DNA from: Undibacterium danionis
Lineage (GTDB): Bacteria; Pseudomonadota; Gammaproteobacteria; Burkholderiales; Burkholderiaceae_D
DNA: 24,000 bases
Assembly (NCBI RefSeq): GCF_042432465.1
Contig: NZ_JBHLXJ010000009.1
Location: 243,665-267,664 of the forward strand
Reading direction: 5' to 3'
Under the pieces are notes generated by a model, which was not told the origin of the DNA, did no database searches, and was given only the letters and a program-made list of their open reading frames with translations. Both the position numbers and the translations under genes were made by a program. Positions 23,488-24,000 of this stretch are shown one piece after another (position 1 is the stretch's first letter; each line of letters begins with the position of its first letter).

Positions 23488-24000
23488 ATGAACCTACCTC
23501 CTCATAACGCAAGCAATCTAGCGCAGAACCATAAGCCCGCGCGCGGCATGCGAGTCTCGTTGGCGGCTCGTTTATCTTTGACATTGATATTGATCTTGAG
23601 CTTGGCATTAAGCTTTGCTGCTGTTTTGGATTATTTCTTTCCCAACGACCGCATCTTGATCGCGGGCGCTTGTTTGTTCATTTTTATCCCTATCACTATC
23701 CTTGTTGTGCGAGCGCAATTAAGTCCTATCCTTGAACTGTTTCGTGCTATGAGCGGAACGGTATTGAGCTATCAAGATCGTGATTTTTCGTTTGGCTTGA
23801 ATTGGCAACGCAATGATGAATTAGCGGATCTGGTCGATGCGCATAATGATCTCGGCCAGGTATTGCGCGAGCAGCGGCTTGATTTGGTGCAGCGAGAATT
23901 ACTGCTCGATAGCATGTTGCAAAACACACCAGTGGCGATGCTATTAATTGGACTCCGCGGTCATGTCGTGTTCGGCAATATCACGGCGCGACAATTGCTG
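23488..24000 (+). CDS. sensor histidine kinase, N-terminal part (3' end outside the window)
   Basis: This ORF is absent from the ORF track because it has no stop inside the window. It is open from the first ATG after the TAA at 23458-23460 to the window edge (171 codons). The translation is MNLPPHNASNLAQNHKPARGMRVSLAARLSLTLILILSLALSFAAVLDYFF...IFIPITILVVRAQLSPILELFRAMSGTVLSYQDRDFSFGL...ELADLVDAHNDLGQVLREQRL...LLLDSMLQNTPVAMLLI. This reads as two TM helices with a very short loop, a HAMP-like linker and the start of a PAS domain. The start codon is uncertain (no SD). Confidence 0.75.
   Translation, partial: MNLPPHNASNLAQNHKPARGMRVSLAARLSLTLILILSLALSFAAVLDYFFPNDRILIAGACLFIFIPITILVVRAQLSPILELFRAMSGTVLSYQDRDFSFGLNWQRNDELADLVDAHNDLGQVLREQRLDLVQRELLLDSMLQNTPVAMLLIGLRGHVVFGNITARQLL

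Overview
The window looks like a chromosomal segment from a moderate-GC betaproteobacterium. The Burkholderiales/Oxalobacteraceae assignment is inferred from gene content and from the birA-coaX-SPOR order, not computed. All homology calls come from my own reading of the supplied translations; no searches were run.

Gene content by region:
- 1-7.4 kb (+ strand, housekeeping/catabolic): 3' end of rpoC with a clear intrinsic terminator, HTH-less birA, type III pantothenate kinase coaX, a SPOR-domain membrane protein, a hutG-hutF pair, and a secreted DUF885 protein.
- 7.4-15.1 kb (mixed orientation, accessory-looking envelope/orphan genes with large non-coding gaps): a 90-aa orphan ORF with its own sigma70-like promoter, a Tat-exported DUF882/peptidase-M15 protein, a PhyH-family dioxygenase, a MipA/OmpV porin-like protein, a two-gene RebB (R-body, 'killing trait') locus, a TonB-dependent receptor with an odd His/Ser-rich N-terminal extension, and a small PH-like membrane protein.
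- 15.1-17.0 kb: lysA, divergent from an Lrp/AsnC regulator.
- 17.0-24.0 kb: a self-contained module. A UAS, an IHF site and a sigma54 promoter precede genes for a HlyD/MacA-like adaptor, an ABC ATPase and two different FtsX-type permeases. A REP-like inverted doublet follows, then a sigma54-dependent response regulator and the 5' part of a HAMP/PAS sensor kinase.

The most interesting candidates are the compact R-body locus (10.9-11.7 kb), with a divergent translationally coupled partner and a palindromic operator, and the sigma54-wired heteromeric tripartite ABC pump. No tRNA, rRNA, CRISPR array, transposase or integrase was recognised.
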